Shown here piece by piece: positions 14,833 through 28,456 of a DNA stretch of 64,000 bases (position 1 is its first letter; every line of letters begins with the position of its first letter). The notes below the pieces were generated by a model. The model searched no databases. It had not been told where the DNA came from and saw nothing but the letters and a program-made list of their open reading frames with translations. This DNA comes from Octopus vulgaris. Its lineage: Eukaryota. A program made the translations under genes and the position numbers. The DNA lies in NCBI GenBank assembly GCA_951406725.2, contig OX597841.1, positions 11,842,001-11,906,000 of the forward strand, written 5' to 3'.

Positions 14833-15047
14833 TTAATAATAATAATAACAATAATATTAATTTTTTTTTAATTTATTTATTTATTTATTTTTTTTTTATG
14901 TATTAGACATTCACTAGTACAACACCAAAAAAACCCCCCAAAAAACCCCCAAATATATGGCACAGAACTTCCAACCTGTTGCCTCTTGAGGTCTCTGGGT
15001 GAGACTTGGAGCCAACTTGTACAAATATAAAGCAAAAGTCAAACATA

Positions 15048-15115
<68 letters not shown>

Positions 15116-15116
15116 G

Positions 15117-15167
<51 letters not shown>

Positions 15168-15328
15168 TCTTGCTATAGGCACAAGGCCTGAAATTTGGGG
15201 TGAGGGGACTAGTAAATTACATCACCGCCAGTGCATAGCTGGAACTTATTGAATCGACCCCCAAAAAGATGAAAGGCAAAGTTGACCTTGGTGGAATTTG
15301 AACTCAGAATGTAGTGGCAGATGAGTCA

Positions 15329-15362
<34 letters not shown>

Positions 15363-15697
15363 GGCTTCAAATTTTAACAGATGCCCAGCAAGTTCTGGAG
15401 AGCAGGTAAATTGATTACATTGACCCCAGAACTCAAAAGGTACTTATTTTATTGACCCCGAAAGAAGGAAGGTTGATGTCAGCAAAATTTAAACTCAGAG
15501 CGTTAAAGGCAAACAAATAGCTGCCTAGCATTTTGCCCGGCATGCTAACGATTCTGCCAGCTCATCACCCAAATGATAGTAATAGTAATTAATAATAATG
15601 ATAATAATAATAGTAATAGTAATTAATAATAATAATGATAAAACCTCCCCTCTCCTATTTCATATCCTTCATATGTCCTTCTCTTCTTTTACTTTCT

Positions 15698-15731
<34 letters not shown>

Positions 15732-15835
15732 ATTCCCTGTCTCCTTTTCAATATCAACTTCAACATTTTATTTCCCTTTTACATAAACATGTATATATTA
15801 TATCTGTGTGTGTGTGTTGATATAGTGTACATGTA

Positions 15836-15866
<31 letters not shown>

Positions 15867-16069
15867 TCTTTTATTCTTGTACTTGTTTCAGTCATTTGAC
15901 TGTGGCCATACTGGAGTACCACCTTTAGTCAAACAAATTGACCCCCGGACTTATTCTTTGTAAGCTTAGTACTTATTCTATTGGTGTCTTTTGCTGAACT
16001 TTTAAGTTACAGGGATGTAAACACACCAACATCGGTTATCAAGCAATGTTAGTGGGACAAAAATAAAGA

Positions 16070-16430
16070 CACGAGGGTTCTGGTTGATCCGAATCAACGG
16101 AACAGCCTGCTCGTGAAATTAACGTGTAAGTGGCTGAGCACTCCACAGACACGTGCACCCTTAACGTAGTTCTCGGGGATATTCAGCATGACACAGAGAG
16201 TGACAAGGCCGGCCCCTTGAAATACAGGTACAACAGAAACAGGAAGTAAGAGTGAGAGAAAGTTGTGGTGAAAGAGTACAGCAGGGATCCCCACAATCGC
16301 CTGCCGGAGCCTTGTGGAGCTTTTAGGTGTTTTCGCTCAATAAACACTCACAACGCCCGGTCTGGGAATCGAAACCGCGATCCTATGACCGCGAGTCCGC
16401 TGCCCTAACCACTGGGCCATTGCGCCTCCG
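16070..16430 (-). mobile_element. SINE family A
   Basis: Reverse complement of the 1975-2359 unit; abuts a partial family B copy at ~15866-16070. Confidence 0.88.
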
Positions 16431-16685
16431 CAGCTATATATATTAAGTATATGTATGGACATATGTAGTAAGTATATATACAAAGGTATGTATATATGTA
16501 AATATATGTGTATATATTAATAGTTATTGCCAAGCTAATATGGCAGTCTAGATATATAGGACGAATGCTGCCGTTGATTAGCTCCAAGAGGCCATAGCCT
16601 CTAGCTAGCTATGTGACACACGAACCTGTGTCCATTATAACCTTCGAACAGGGGAGGTCAGCCGCTTCCCCTTGCTGGTCGGGCA

Positions 16686-16728
16686 TCTGCAGAGTAGTTT
16701 CAGGGTATTTGCCCCTTATCAGTGCAGA
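16686..16728 (-). ncRNA. Degenerate minimal hammerhead-like motif
   Basis: On -: tctgca-CTGATAA-gggg(caaata)ccct-GAAA-ctac-TC-tgcaga; G8 is A without C3 compensation and stem III is mismatched. Confidence 0.45.
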
Positions 16729-16825
16729 GCAGCTGAACCCAGCAGGCATCGCTACTAACCGTCTGTTCAAAGGATTATTTATCTAAATTCAGTGGAATAC
16801 ATCACTGGTTTTCAAAAATAGAAAT

Positions 16826-16880
<55 letters not shown>

Positions 16881-16884
<4 letters not shown>

Positions 16885-17411
16885 GGGGTTGGACAAAATA
16901 ATGGAAACACCTTAAAATTTCAAACAAATTTATTTTAATATGGGGAAGAACCGCCTTTGGCAATAATTACAGCTTAAATTCTACGAGGTATGGACTCGTA
17001 CAAAGTTTGAATTGTTTCCAAAGGAATTTTTGTTCATTCTCCAGCTAAAACAGTCTCCAGTTCTTGTAGTGATGATGGTGGAGGATAATTGACACCTTGT
17101 TTCTCTAAAATAAACCATAAATGTAAAATAATATTGAGATCTACAGACTGTGGTAACCAGAAAAGATGTTCAACTTGACTGATATGTTCCTCGTGCCATT
17201 CGGTAACAACTTTAGCTGTGTGAATTGGTGCATTATCATCCTGAAAGATTGCATTTCCCTCCAGAAACAGTTCTGCAACCATAGGATGCATTTGATCAGA
17301 TAAAATGCTTAAATAATCTTGACAATTAATTCTACCATGAAGGGAAACCATTGGGCTGACGGATTTCCAAGATATAGCCCCACCAGATCATCACAGATCG
17401 TCCTCCACATT
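16881..17411 (-). mobile_element. Tc1-family transposon remnant (3' part of DDE domain plus TIR-like end)
   Basis: FQDDNAPIH...WLPQSVDLNIILHLW; end GAGGGGTTGGACAAAATAATGGAAACACC; cut off by a SINE A copy. Confidence 0.85.
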
Positions 17412-17796
17412 TGGAAGCACTCCGTCGGTTACGACGACGAGGGTTCCGGTTGATCTGAATCAACGGAACAGCCTGCTCGTGAAATTAACGTGTAAGTGGC
17501 TGAGCACTCCACAGACACGTGTACCCTTAACATAGTTCTCGGGGATATTCAGCTTAACACAGAGAGTGACAAGGCCGGCCCTTTGAAATACAGGTACAAC
17601 AGAAACAGGAAGAAAGAGTGAGAGAAAGTTGTGGTGAAAGAGTACAGCAGGGATCACCACCATCCCCTGCCGAAGCCTCGTGGAGCTCTTAGGTGTTTTC
17701 GCTCAACAAACACTCACAACGCCCGGTCTGGGAATCGAAACCGCGATCCTATGACCGCTAGTCCGCTGCCCTAACCACTGGGCCATTGCGCCTCCA
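17412..17796 (-). mobile_element. SINE family A
   Basis: Full-length reverse-complement copy. Confidence 0.9.
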
Positions 17797-18438
17797 CTTA
17801 GCACACACCACAACATATGACGGTAGAGGATCCCCACAAACTGGTTACAATATAAACAAAACCGAAAACATAATAAATAAATAAAATACACAGATAAATA
17901 AACAAATAGAAATAAATAACTATATAAGCTGGCAGGGTGCCTGGCAGGGTGCCTGGCAGGCTGGATGTATACATACATAAACGCCTGCTGTATGTATATA
18001 TATCAGCGGTGGTGCCCCAGCATGGCCGCGGCCTTCGGGCTAAAACATTTTTAAGGATTTAAGTTGTTATTTCGTTCGTCTCACCATCATTTCTTCTCCA
18101 ATCCATTTTCCGTTTCGAAAATCTTAGCATTTTTCGCCTCCAGGTAAGATTACGATCAAAGGGAGGGAATTCTGCAAAATGTAACGGTAAGATTACGATC
18201 AAAGGGAGGGAATTCTGCAAAATGTAACGGTTTATATTAAGAGTGGTTTCCCTTGACACTAAAAACTCTTCGCGTTTACAAAATTTTCTGTTCTCTTTCG
18301 GAGCGAAATTTCGTTCCATCTTTCTGTCCGTGTGTCGTTCTTTCTGCGTCTCTGCGTCTGTTTGTCAGTCTCTCTGTATCAGTGCGTGCAGACATGCCTG
18401 TTTGTATGTATGTATGTATGCATATGTGTTTGTGTGCG

Positions 18439-18500
<62 letters not shown>

Positions 18501-18964
18501 ACATTCATGTGTGTGTGTGTGTGTGTTTTATTGCGCATTACTCAAATGAAAAGCTGAGGACCGCATCAATTTCATGCCAGCGGATGCGACCCTAGTCTGC
18601 CTCCTTCTGTTCAAACCAAGAGGGACCGACTGCTTCCACCTTCATCCTCCACACATTCTTTTCACATCTTCTTAGGTCGTCCAACATTTCTTTGCTGTTT
18701 CCGTGGCAATTTGGTTTTTCTGATTGAGGTTGTTAGCAGCAAGTCAGCCTCTTTAGGATCGATGACAGGTGGATTGCCATCGGTCAATCTGGTACGGGTA
18801 ACCCTGCCAAGAGCTTAAACTCTCACTAACATTTCCTTTCGGGTTAGAGACTCATGCAAGCCCTCCTCTGTTGCGACAAGTTAGCCTTCGTTCTGTGGAG
18901 CTGTCTATGGTAGTAAAAGATAGTTTATTACAAGAGGGGTTTTTTTTTTATTTTAATGAAGAGA

Positions 18965-19372
18965 AGGAGTGGCTGTGTGGTAAGTAGCTTGTTTACCAAC
19001 CACATGGTTCCGGGTTCAGTGTCCCACTGCGTGGCACCTTGGGTAAGTGTCTTCTACTATAGCCTCGGGCCGACCAAAGCCTTGTGAGTGGATTTGGTAG
19101 ACGGAAACTGAAAAGAAGCCCGTCGTATATATGTATATGTATATATGCATGTGTATGTCTGTGTTTGTCCCCCTAGCATTGCTTGACAACCGATGCTGGT
19201 GTGTTTATGTCCCCGTTACTTAGCGGTTCGGCAAAAGAGACCGATAGAATAAGTACTGGGCTTACAAAAAAATAAGTCCCGGGGTCGAGTTGCTCGATTA
19301 AAGGCGGTGCTCCAGCATGGCCGCAGTCAAATGACTGAAACAAGTAAAAGAGTAAAAGAGAGAGTAAAAGAG
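18965..19372 (+). mobile_element. tRNA-derived SINE family B with LINE-like 3' tail
   Basis: GGAGTGGCTGTGTGGTAAGTAGC...GGTTCAGT...GGCACCTTGGG...GGCGGTGCTCCAGCATGGCCGCAGTCAAATGACTGAAACAAGTAAAAG; other copies at 30706-31126(-), 46272-46727(-), 51934-52452, 53530-53927(-), 54215-54565, 60121-60210 and 63743-63955. Confidence 0.88.
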
Positions 19373-19664
19373 AATCTATGGAAGAAAGAGGTTTTAGTAC
19401 CTGTAGATCCAGAGATCAGACACTCTAATTAGAAAGAGTATGGCAGAAGAACCTATTAATGACCTACAAGATAATTAGAAGCGGATATAACATTCTTCAA
19501 ATTTATGACTAAACAGGGCATTGTTGTTAACAATCGTTGTTGTGACACATCATTTTGCAACAGTGATGCTGAATAATTAAATTCGCTTTTCCACAAAGTG
19601 ATCATCTCAATCAATTCTGTGCAACAATCGATAAAATGAATTTATAGATTCATTTACAAATGGA

Positions 19665-20136
19665 ATGTGTCACACCATCTTAAAAATTCGTGTATTGCGT
19701 TCTTTTACACAGATTAGGAAAAACAAGAGAATATTCTTAAATAAAAGAATTTATAAAGATGAAGTAGATTTCTTTAGTATTGAATGTAAAGGACCAAGGT
19801 TTGTTGGAAGCCCCAGGAGGGGAAGGAGAGAGAATGAATTGTATGTTGAAGGGTTGTTTATGGTGAATCGAGACAGCTTCCCGGTTGCTCGTTTACAAAC
19901 AGACGAATGTCCTGTTCAAGTAAAAGATTTTGATGTTTCTGAGGAAGGAAAGACAGTTGTGTGTGAAAAAGCCAATAATGGAAATGTTAAAATATTCGAT
20001 GAAGACGGCCAGTTGCTATGTCACAGAAATGTTGCAAGTTTAGTTGGTGGTGTGTGTTTTACACAAGAATCACACATAATGGCCACGGTTCATAAAAGGA
20101 AAGAAATATTTCAACTGAATGGAGAAGATTTGCAGA
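19665..20136 (+). pseudogene. Fragment resembling an NHL/beta-propeller region of molluscan TRIM-like proteins
   Basis: DFDVSEEGKTVVCEKANNGNVKIFDEDGQLL...GGVCFTQESHIMAT looks like propeller blades; truncated by a SINE B piece at ~20137; no clear splice context. Confidence 0.4.
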
Positions 20137-20182
20137 CCATGTGGTTGGGAAGCAAACTTCTTAAAACACAGCCACGTCTGCG

Positions 20183-20256
<74 letters not shown>

Positions 20257-20396
20257 CAATTAAGATTCAAGTCAATTCTAATGAATTTACTTGAATGTGG
20301 TACTTAACTTAGATGCACCAGAAAACTATATGGTATTAACCATACAGTAATGTGGGGTGATTATAAACGAGAAAGAAGCAACAAGAATGGATTAGT

Positions 20397-20487
20397 TTTT
20401 AGTACAATTGTTTCATACAAAGACAGGCTTTATTAAAAGTTGCAAAAATTGCAGCAGATAAAAGTGTCCCGTACTCATCAGCTAAAA
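20397..20487 (-). ncRNA. Type I hammerhead ribozyme motif (mirror copy)
   Basis: Reverse complement of 23025-23115. Confidence 0.75.
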
Positions 20488-23024
20488 TACATATGAGTTC
20501 TCCAAACATCTTAGTGGGTGAGGCTATACTCATGAAGTATTGGAGATAATTTCATTAAAAGCAGATTTAGGTTGTAAACAGATTTCCGAAGTTCCTTAAT
20601 GATGATGCACAGTCTTATCACAGGTTTTTAAAAAAGCTTATTAGCTTCACAGAGAAGGTGAATTAATCCGTAGTATAGATGTAAATTTCCAGAGATATGA
20701 GGAGGAATTTCATACTCACAGACGATGAATTTATCCATGGTTAATCCACAATGAGGTGGGTATCATTTCATGCTATATGATAAGGTATTTGCCACATTAC
20801 TGTTCTTTTCACAAGACTGCTAAGTTATGACTTCTAAAGGCTGAAGGAATTTTTGTGGAGCAAAGAAAAGAAAAGAAAGGAAAGAGAAGAAAAGAGAAAA
20901 GGAAAGGGAAAAAGAAAAAAGAAGAAAGAAAAAGGAAAAAGAAAAAAGAAAAAAGAAAAAGAAAAAAGGAAAAGAAAAAAGGGGAGAAGAAAAGAAAAAG
21001 AAAAAAGAAAAAAGAAAAAAGAAGAAAGAAGAAAAAGAAAAAGAAAAAAAGGGAAAGAAAAATGGGAAAGAAGGGAGAAAAGAAAAAACGCCCACATAGA
21101 GTATACTGTGACAACTTGGAGGGAAGGGGGTTCTAAAGTGACATACTACACAGAAGAATTTGTAGACGGCCTGGCTGGCTTGAATTTGCAAGAATCCAGG
21201 AACTATAAGGAGAATATTATTTTTGACCAGTAAAACAGCTATTTATTGCCAACCTGACGTAGTTGAAAGCAGATATGAATCTAAAGAGAATCTAAAGAGA
21301 TAACAAGGTCAGGGGTAGAGGGGTCAAAGGCTATCATCAAAAGGAAATACATTAAGAGAAAAAATCTAAGTGCAATCCTTTATGACGTAATTTAAAAGCT
21401 GGTACCATCACACTTTCAAGTAAGATCTGGGAACTCAAAAAAATAATAACAGGAATTATAACCTTAATTGGGAAATAGTTAGGAGAGCAAAGCCGTATAA
21501 AAATAACAGGGTTGGTTGCCAACTCTGCTCCATGGAGACCTATGAAATTCTAAGGCATAGAAAAAATAGAGGTCTGTTAAATAACCATATTGAATTAGGT
21601 CAAGTTTGTGTCCACGCTAAATTGAAGACTCTAAAATATTTTAAATGAATAACTGTATAGAATAATCGTAACAAGATAGGTAGATAAATATAACCGGGTC
21701 TTTACTAGTATAACATTACTTTTAAGTAGATAACTGCGAGTTCTCACACTATAGTTATCTTTTTCTTTATAACTGCACCTGATTTTGAGCACAAGGAAAT
21801 AAATAGTACTTGTACGTTGCTTAAATGAAGGTTTATTTAATTTTAAATCTTAATTTTTAATTTTTAATTTTGAATTTAATCTAATTTAGGTAACACAACT
21901 TTAATAAAATAAGTTACCTAGGCTTCATAATTCTTTTACAAAATTAAATAAGTAAGGCTACTCCCTTGAAAAGTAGTATGAGAAATTTCAAAATAATAGA
22001 CAATTCCATCACACCTTGTAAACTTATCTTCTAAGTTTTGACCTGTAGTCTGTCAATGTATAGATAGTAACGGCAACAATTTAAGACAGTAACAGGAATA
22101 AATAAATAAATAAATTTAAATGACCTCTTGTTAGGATTGCACTTAGATTTTTTCTCTTAATGTATTTCCTTTTGATGATAGCCTTTGACCCCTCTACCCC
22201 TGACCTTGTTATCTCTTTAGATTCTCTTTAGATTCATATCTGCTTTCAACTACGTCAGGTTGGCAATAAATAGCTGTTTTACTGGTCAAAAATAATATTC
22301 TCCTTATAGTTCCTGGATTCTTGCAAATTCAAGCCAGCCAGGCCGTCTACAAATTCTTCTGTGTAGTATGTCACTTTAGAACCCCCTTCCCTCCAAGTTG
22401 TCACAGTATACTCTATGTGGGCGTTTTTTCTTTTCTCCCTTTTCTTTCCCTTTTTTCTTTCCCCTTTTTTTCTTTTTCTTTTTCTTCTTTCTTCTTTTTC
22501 TTTTTTCTTTTTCTTTTTCTTTTCTTCTCCCCTTTTTTCTTTTTTCTTTTCCTTTTTCTTTTTCTTTTTCTTTTTCTTTTTCCTTTTTCTTTCTTCTTTT
22601 TTCTTTTTCCCTTTCCTTTTCTCTTTTCTTCTCTTTCCTTTCTTTTCTTTGCTCCACAAAAATTCCTTCAGCCTTTAGAAGTCATAACTTAGCAGTCTTG
22701 TGAAAAGAACAGTAATGTGGCAAATACCTTATCATATAGCATGAAATGATACCCACCTCATTGTGGATTAACCATGGATAAATTCATCGTCTGTGAGTAT
22801 GAAATTCCTCCTCATATCTCTGGAAATTTACATCTATACTACGGATTAATTCACCTTCTCTGTGAAGCTAATAAGCTTTTTTAAAAACCTGTGATAAGAC
22901 TGTGCATCATCATTAAGGAACTTCGGAAATCTGTTTACAACCTAAATCTGCTTTTAATGAAATTATCTCCAATACTTCATGAGTATAGCCTCACCCACTA
23001 AGATGTTTGGAGAACTCATATGTA

Positions 23025-23115
23025 TTTTAGCTGATGAGTACGGGACACTTTTATCTGCTGCAATTTTTGCAACTTTTAATAAAGCCTGTCTTTGTATGAA
23101 ACAATTGTACTAAAA
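23025..23115 (+). ncRNA. Type I hammerhead ribozyme motif
   Basis: ttttag-CTGATGA-[60 nt stem II gtacgggaca...tgtctttgtat]-GAAA-caattg-TA-ctaaaa; 6 bp stem I, palindromic stem III, GUA triplet. Confidence 0.78.
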
Positions 23116-23202
23116 ACTAATCCATTCTTGTTGCTTCTTTCTCGTATATATATATATATATATATATAAATATATATATACATATACATATATATATATC
23201 TT

Positions 23203-23233
<31 letters not shown>

Positions 23234-23251
23234 TATACATATACATATATA

Positions 23252-23548
<297 letters not shown>

Positions 23549-23707
23549 CCTATTATATACATTATATTATTTTTGTAATTTACTTAATCTTTACTTTTTA
23601 ATTGTTATTTTAATGTTAATATTTCTATTATATGTAATTTTCTAGATGGTGTAATTTAATTGTTCATTTTGAATTGATAAAAGGTGTTTTTTTTCTAATA
23701 TTTTATG

Positions 23708-23754
<47 letters not shown>

Positions 23755-23975
23755 GTATAAATATGAACATAATTTTTTCTCTTTCCTCCTCCTTTTTTCC
23801 CTCCTCTCTTCCCTTCTCCAAATTCACAGACACACACACACGCACACAGACACAGACACACACACACCTCCACAAAACGATCATAAAAAGAATTCTTCTT
23901 CTCTAAACCCAAAAAACCATTTGACCATCCCTCATTAAACACACGCACGCACGCACACACACACACGCACACACG

Positions 23976-24016
<41 letters not shown>

Positions 24017-24312
24017 ACATGCTCTCTCTCTCTCTCACTTTCTCCTCATCCATCACCCTCTTGTACTGTCTTATATTCCTCCCCACCACTACAAACTCAA
24101 TACCTCTATAAAATGGTCAAAACTCTTCAGCCAGGAATTTAGTTTGATTTGAAAACCCCACTAGAATGGGAGAAAACGCTAATACATGATCTAAGTTATA
24201 TGATGTATAAAACATGTAATATACAAATAAATATCTGTAAATATAAACCATCCGATTTTCTGAGTACCTCATTACTTCTTATATAAAGATATATATAGAT
24301 ACATACATATAT

Positions 24313-24390
<78 letters not shown>

Positions 24391-24395
<5 letters not shown>

Positions 24396-24906
24396 ATATT
24401 TGGGAATGGTCATATTGCCAGTTTAGCCAATAAAAACACACGCACTATATATTTGGTGCTATTTTGCTTCAGTGTTATTTATTTTTTACATTAATCTTAA
24501 TCTTATTTCGGCCAGAGTTCTTTCGTCACACTCCTGTGACTGCATCAGTGGTCCTTTGTTTTCTTCTTTCTTATTTGTGTCTCGCCTTACTAACCGTCAG
24601 CCATTTTGTATTTCTATTGTATGTCTTCATTTGCGCATGCTTATATCTCTATGTGCGTTTATGTTTATTTAGTGTGTGTGTGGGGGGGGATGCCTGTAAT
24701 ATTTGTATCTTCTGTTTATATATGTTCATGTAATTTGTATTTTGTTTTTGTTGTTTTTGTTTATTCTTATTTTGTTCATGTGTTTTCTTCCACTTATTAT
24801 TATCATTACATATGCTTGTATGTATAACAACAATACTATTAATAACAATAATAAATCGAATCGAAAAAAAATATATATATATAAATAAAAAAAATTAATT
24901 AAAAAA

Positions 24907-24965
<59 letters not shown>

Positions 24966-25723
24966 TTTATCTGTGTATTTATTATGTTTTCAGGATCCTC
25001 TATCGTCATATGTTGTGGTGTGTGTTAGTGCTCCATTCTAGTTTTCTATTCAGGCTAGGTTTATTTTCTATTATGTGTGTAGCTTCTGTAATTTGTCGAA
25101 TTGTTGCATCTGATCTATGTGTGGATAATATTTTAATTTTTATAATATTTTAATTCCTGTTCGGCGTGTTGGTACAGAATCGATGAGCTTTTACCTTCCT
25201 TGAGTTGTCTCCAATGCTCATTTACCCGCTCTCCTATGCTTCTTGCTGTTTCCCCAACGTATGTCGTTGTCTTCGTCTTGTTACTGCATCGTCCCTCTAT
25301 ACATCTTATACTATAGACTACATTTCTGGCTTTACAGTTTGTTTGTGGGCTAAATCTACATACAGTACAGTACTTATCCGTACAGGGGGTTCTACTAAAA
25401 GGATAGGTTCTACCAATTATAGATTTGATAGGGTTGCCTGGCTTTTCTACAACCTTAATTCTTAGCTTAAGTTTGTCTAGGGTCCTTCTAAAGCGGTACG
25501 CCAGTTTACCTCCATGGGTGGTGTCAACGAACATGACACTCTGGTATTTATGGCTATTTTACCAAGAGTTGGCCTTCCTTATTTTCTTTTTTGTCCTTTC
25601 TATAGTGTTCCATGACTTGTTCCTATAGAGTGGGCAAATCCCATTCCTATCATTACATAATATATTATTAAATTTCTTAATGGCTCCTTTGTATACTCTG
25701 ATCCTTTCTTTGTGGCTGTAACC
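24391..25723 (-). mobile_element. Penelope-like element (Naiad-like), 3' part of ORF plus pLTR
   Basis: GYSHKERIRV...PLYRNKSW..MFVDTTHGGKLA...CTDKYCTVC...NVVYSIRC...YVGETARSIGERVNEH...LNRKLEW, with one stop and a frameshift/deletion. Confidence 0.85.
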
Positions 25724-26124
25724 ACTACTAGACACCGAACTCTGGCTAGAAATTGTGAATAATAAAACCCAAATCCTTCATTCATACTATGCCAAACCTA
25801 TGGCCTCAAAATACTTGATCCACCGGAACTCAGCCATTGCGGACAATGCCAAATTCAATATTTTGATGGCAGACCTCGTCAGAATAATGAGAAATGTGTT
25901 ACGCATGTGCGAGCCCACAGAGTTAAAGAGACACATACAATATTTCATTCACCGCATGCAGTTCTCAGATGCAACAATTAGACAAATTACAGAAGCTACA
26001 TACATAATAGAAAATAAACCTAGCCTGAATAGAAAACTAGAATGGAGCACTAACACACACCACAACATATGACGATAGAAGATCCCGAAAACAATAAATA
26101 CACAGATAAATAAACTAATAGAAA

Positions 26125-26209
<85 letters not shown>

Positions 26210-26724
26210 TTTTTTTTATTATTAATTTTTTAAAATTTATATATGTTTTTTTTCGATTCGATTTATTATTGTTATTACTAGTATTGTTGTTATACATACA
26301 AGCATATGTAATGATAATAATAAGTGGATGTAAACACATGAACAAAATAAGAATAAACAAAAACAACAAAAACAAAATACAAATTACATGAACTTATATA
26401 AACAGAAGATACAAATATTACAGGCATCCCCCCACACACACACACTAAATAAACATAGACGCACATAGAGATATAAGCATGCGCAAATGAAGACATACAA
26501 TAGAAATACAAAATGGCTGACGGTTAGTAAGGCGAGACACAAATAAGAAAGAAGAAAACAAAGGACCACTGATGCGGTCACAGGAGTGTGACGAAAGAAC
26601 TCTGGCCGAAATAAGATTAAGATTAATGTAAAAAATAAATAACACTGAAGCAAAATAACACCAAATATATAGTGCGTGTGTTTTTATTGGCTAAACTGGC
26701 AAAATGACCATTCCTAAATACAAT
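25724..26724 (+). mobile_element. Inverted 5' segment of the same PLE fused to a second copy of its 3' end
   Basis: LLDTELW..HSYYAKPMASKYLIHRNSA...RIMRN...MQFS joined at ~25965 to DATIRQITEA...LNRKLEW plus pLTR; 25965-26724 mirrors 24391-25113. Confidence 0.85.
26563..26607 (+). ncRNA. Minimal hammerhead-like motif in the Naiad-like pLTR (mirror at 24510-24554 on -)
   Basis: ggacca-CTGATGC-g-gtcac(aggagt)gtgac-GAAA-gaac-TC-tggcc; A9 position is non-canonical. Confidence 0.55.
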
Positions 26725-26782
26725 AATATCTGTTTCAACACACGACTTCATATAAAAAATCTTGCACAACAAATATTTAAAC

Positions 26783-26837
<55 letters not shown>

Positions 26838-27586
26838 CAATATTCAACCGAGTAACAGTCATATATACAACTTGAACAGACACACGTATCAGCACATAAA
26901 CATATGTTTACATATACATAAACATATACATACATGCAGACACGTCTACACACATACGTAAATACTCACATACAAACATACATACATACAGATTTGGCTG
27001 CTATTTTTAGCACGTCCCGTTACTACGCAACATCAATTTGTGATACAAGACCGATATACCTGTTACGTGGTAGCACAGCATGCGAAAATAGATGCCAAAT
27101 CTTTCCTTTTCTGGGGGAAAGGAGTCGTTTGCGCGTGGTTTCAATGTCATTCGTTGAAAGCATGCGAAATAACTTGGAAAAGAAAAAAAACTCACGAAAC
27201 AAAACTCCGTTGCTGTAACACTGAGTTTCCCGGTGACCCACGGATAGTCTAGTATTTATATAAGCACAACTCTGTAACGTGACACACATAAAGAAATAAA
27301 TCATGTAACGATGGAAACGAATTCACGAAAAGAAAAATAAACACTGTTCAATATGTTTGTTTAAGATTACCCAAGAAATGAACATTAAATTTAATCATGA
27401 CAAAACTTTGCCGAAAATTGTAAAGAATTTTAAAAGGTTTTCTTATTCAATTTGAGACTTGAGAAGGATTGCAGGAATCCATTGGGGCCAGCAGTCGAGT
27501 CTGCTTCTACGACATCTATTGCCAGTGTTACATCCTCTTCTTTCAATAGTTACTCTTCCCTACCTTTCCCACCCCACCCCCTCTCA

Positions 27587-27623
<37 letters not shown>

Positions 27624-27697
27624 CCTCTCTCTCCCTCAATATATTTAATCCCGCTCAATGACTACATCATGGTCATTATATCACAATATCCTATGTT

Positions 27698-28019
27698 TTA
27701 TGTCCACCGGTCCTTTCCAATACACTGACCCTTTCCTGCCCACCATTCCCATATGTTTTCATACCATGTCGGCTTGTAATAATCGACAGCGTGTAGCATC
27801 GCACAAACACGACACCAAAGTTTGGTATCAAAGAAATATCCTGTTCCTTTCCATTTGAAATACTCATTATAAAGAGTATCATTTTTATCAAGTTTATGCA
27901 GATAATCTGCCAATTCTTTTGGGGATTTGAAATCCTCGTAGTGGATGTATGAATTCTCGGGTGCTACTTTACGAAAGTCGTCGGGATGGGCACCCATTAC
28001 AATTGGAATAGCATTATAT
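27698..28019 (-). CDS. Alpha-1,3-fucosyltransferase (GT10, FucTA-like), last coding exon
   Basis: ttgcag|A TAT AAT...; (K)YNAIPIVMGAHPDDF...SYIHYEDFKSPKELADYLHKLDKNDTLYNEYFKWKGTG...WCRVCAMLH...*; phase matches the exon at 41177-42111. Confidence 0.93.
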
Positions 28020-28167
28020 CTGCAATAGACAAAAGAAAAGAAAAAACGAAAATACAGCTGCCATAAATAATATTGGAATGAGAAATAATGATTCATGCGA
28101 GCAAATTATATATAAATCATATATAACGATATCATATAAAGTATCTATCTATCTACATATATATATA

Positions 28168-28270
28168 CTTTATTTAAAAGCAGCAGAAATTTAACAAAAC
28201 CTGTTACTCGGAGTTTCACGTTCTCTCCGAGTAACTGGTTTTGGTGAATTGCTGCTGCTTTTAAATAAAG
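28168..28270. repeat. Fold-back hairpin, ~45 bp arms
   Basis: CTTTATTTAAAAGCAGCAG..GTTACTCGGAG / CTCCGAGTAAC..CTGCTGCTTTTAAATAAAG between (TA)n tracts. Confidence 0.85.
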
Positions 28271-28341
28271 CATAATACTCTACCCCTGGTATTTGAGTAC
28301 TCTTTTTTTCCACCTTGTTTCACATTTATGTGTTTACTCCG

Positions 28342-28456
<115 letters not shown>

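Larger units (their letters stand above)
20367..23145. mobile_element. PLE-derived inverted-repeat insertion: ~1013 bp arms (20367-21379, 22133-23145) around a GIY-YIG C-terminal remnant
   Basis: Arms are reverse complements except in the purine tract; spacer 21395-21648(+) reads TLSSKIWELK/NYNLNWEIVRRAKPY..CQLCSME..I...LLNNHIELGQVCVH. Confidence 0.85.

Noticed and set aside
18143-18230. 43 bp tandem duplication beginning at a CAG|GTAAG donor-like site
   Set aside because: No linked exon chain can be supported from sequence alone.
20809-22703. Mirror-image Lys/Arg-rich and Phe-rich ORFs
   Set aside because: They come from the purine tract inside the inverted arms.
25016-25723. Possible selenocysteine recoding, as reported for some Naiad PLEs
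   Set aside because: The internal stop seen is TAA where the paralog has Tyr; no in-frame TGA at a Cys position and no SECIS were recognised.
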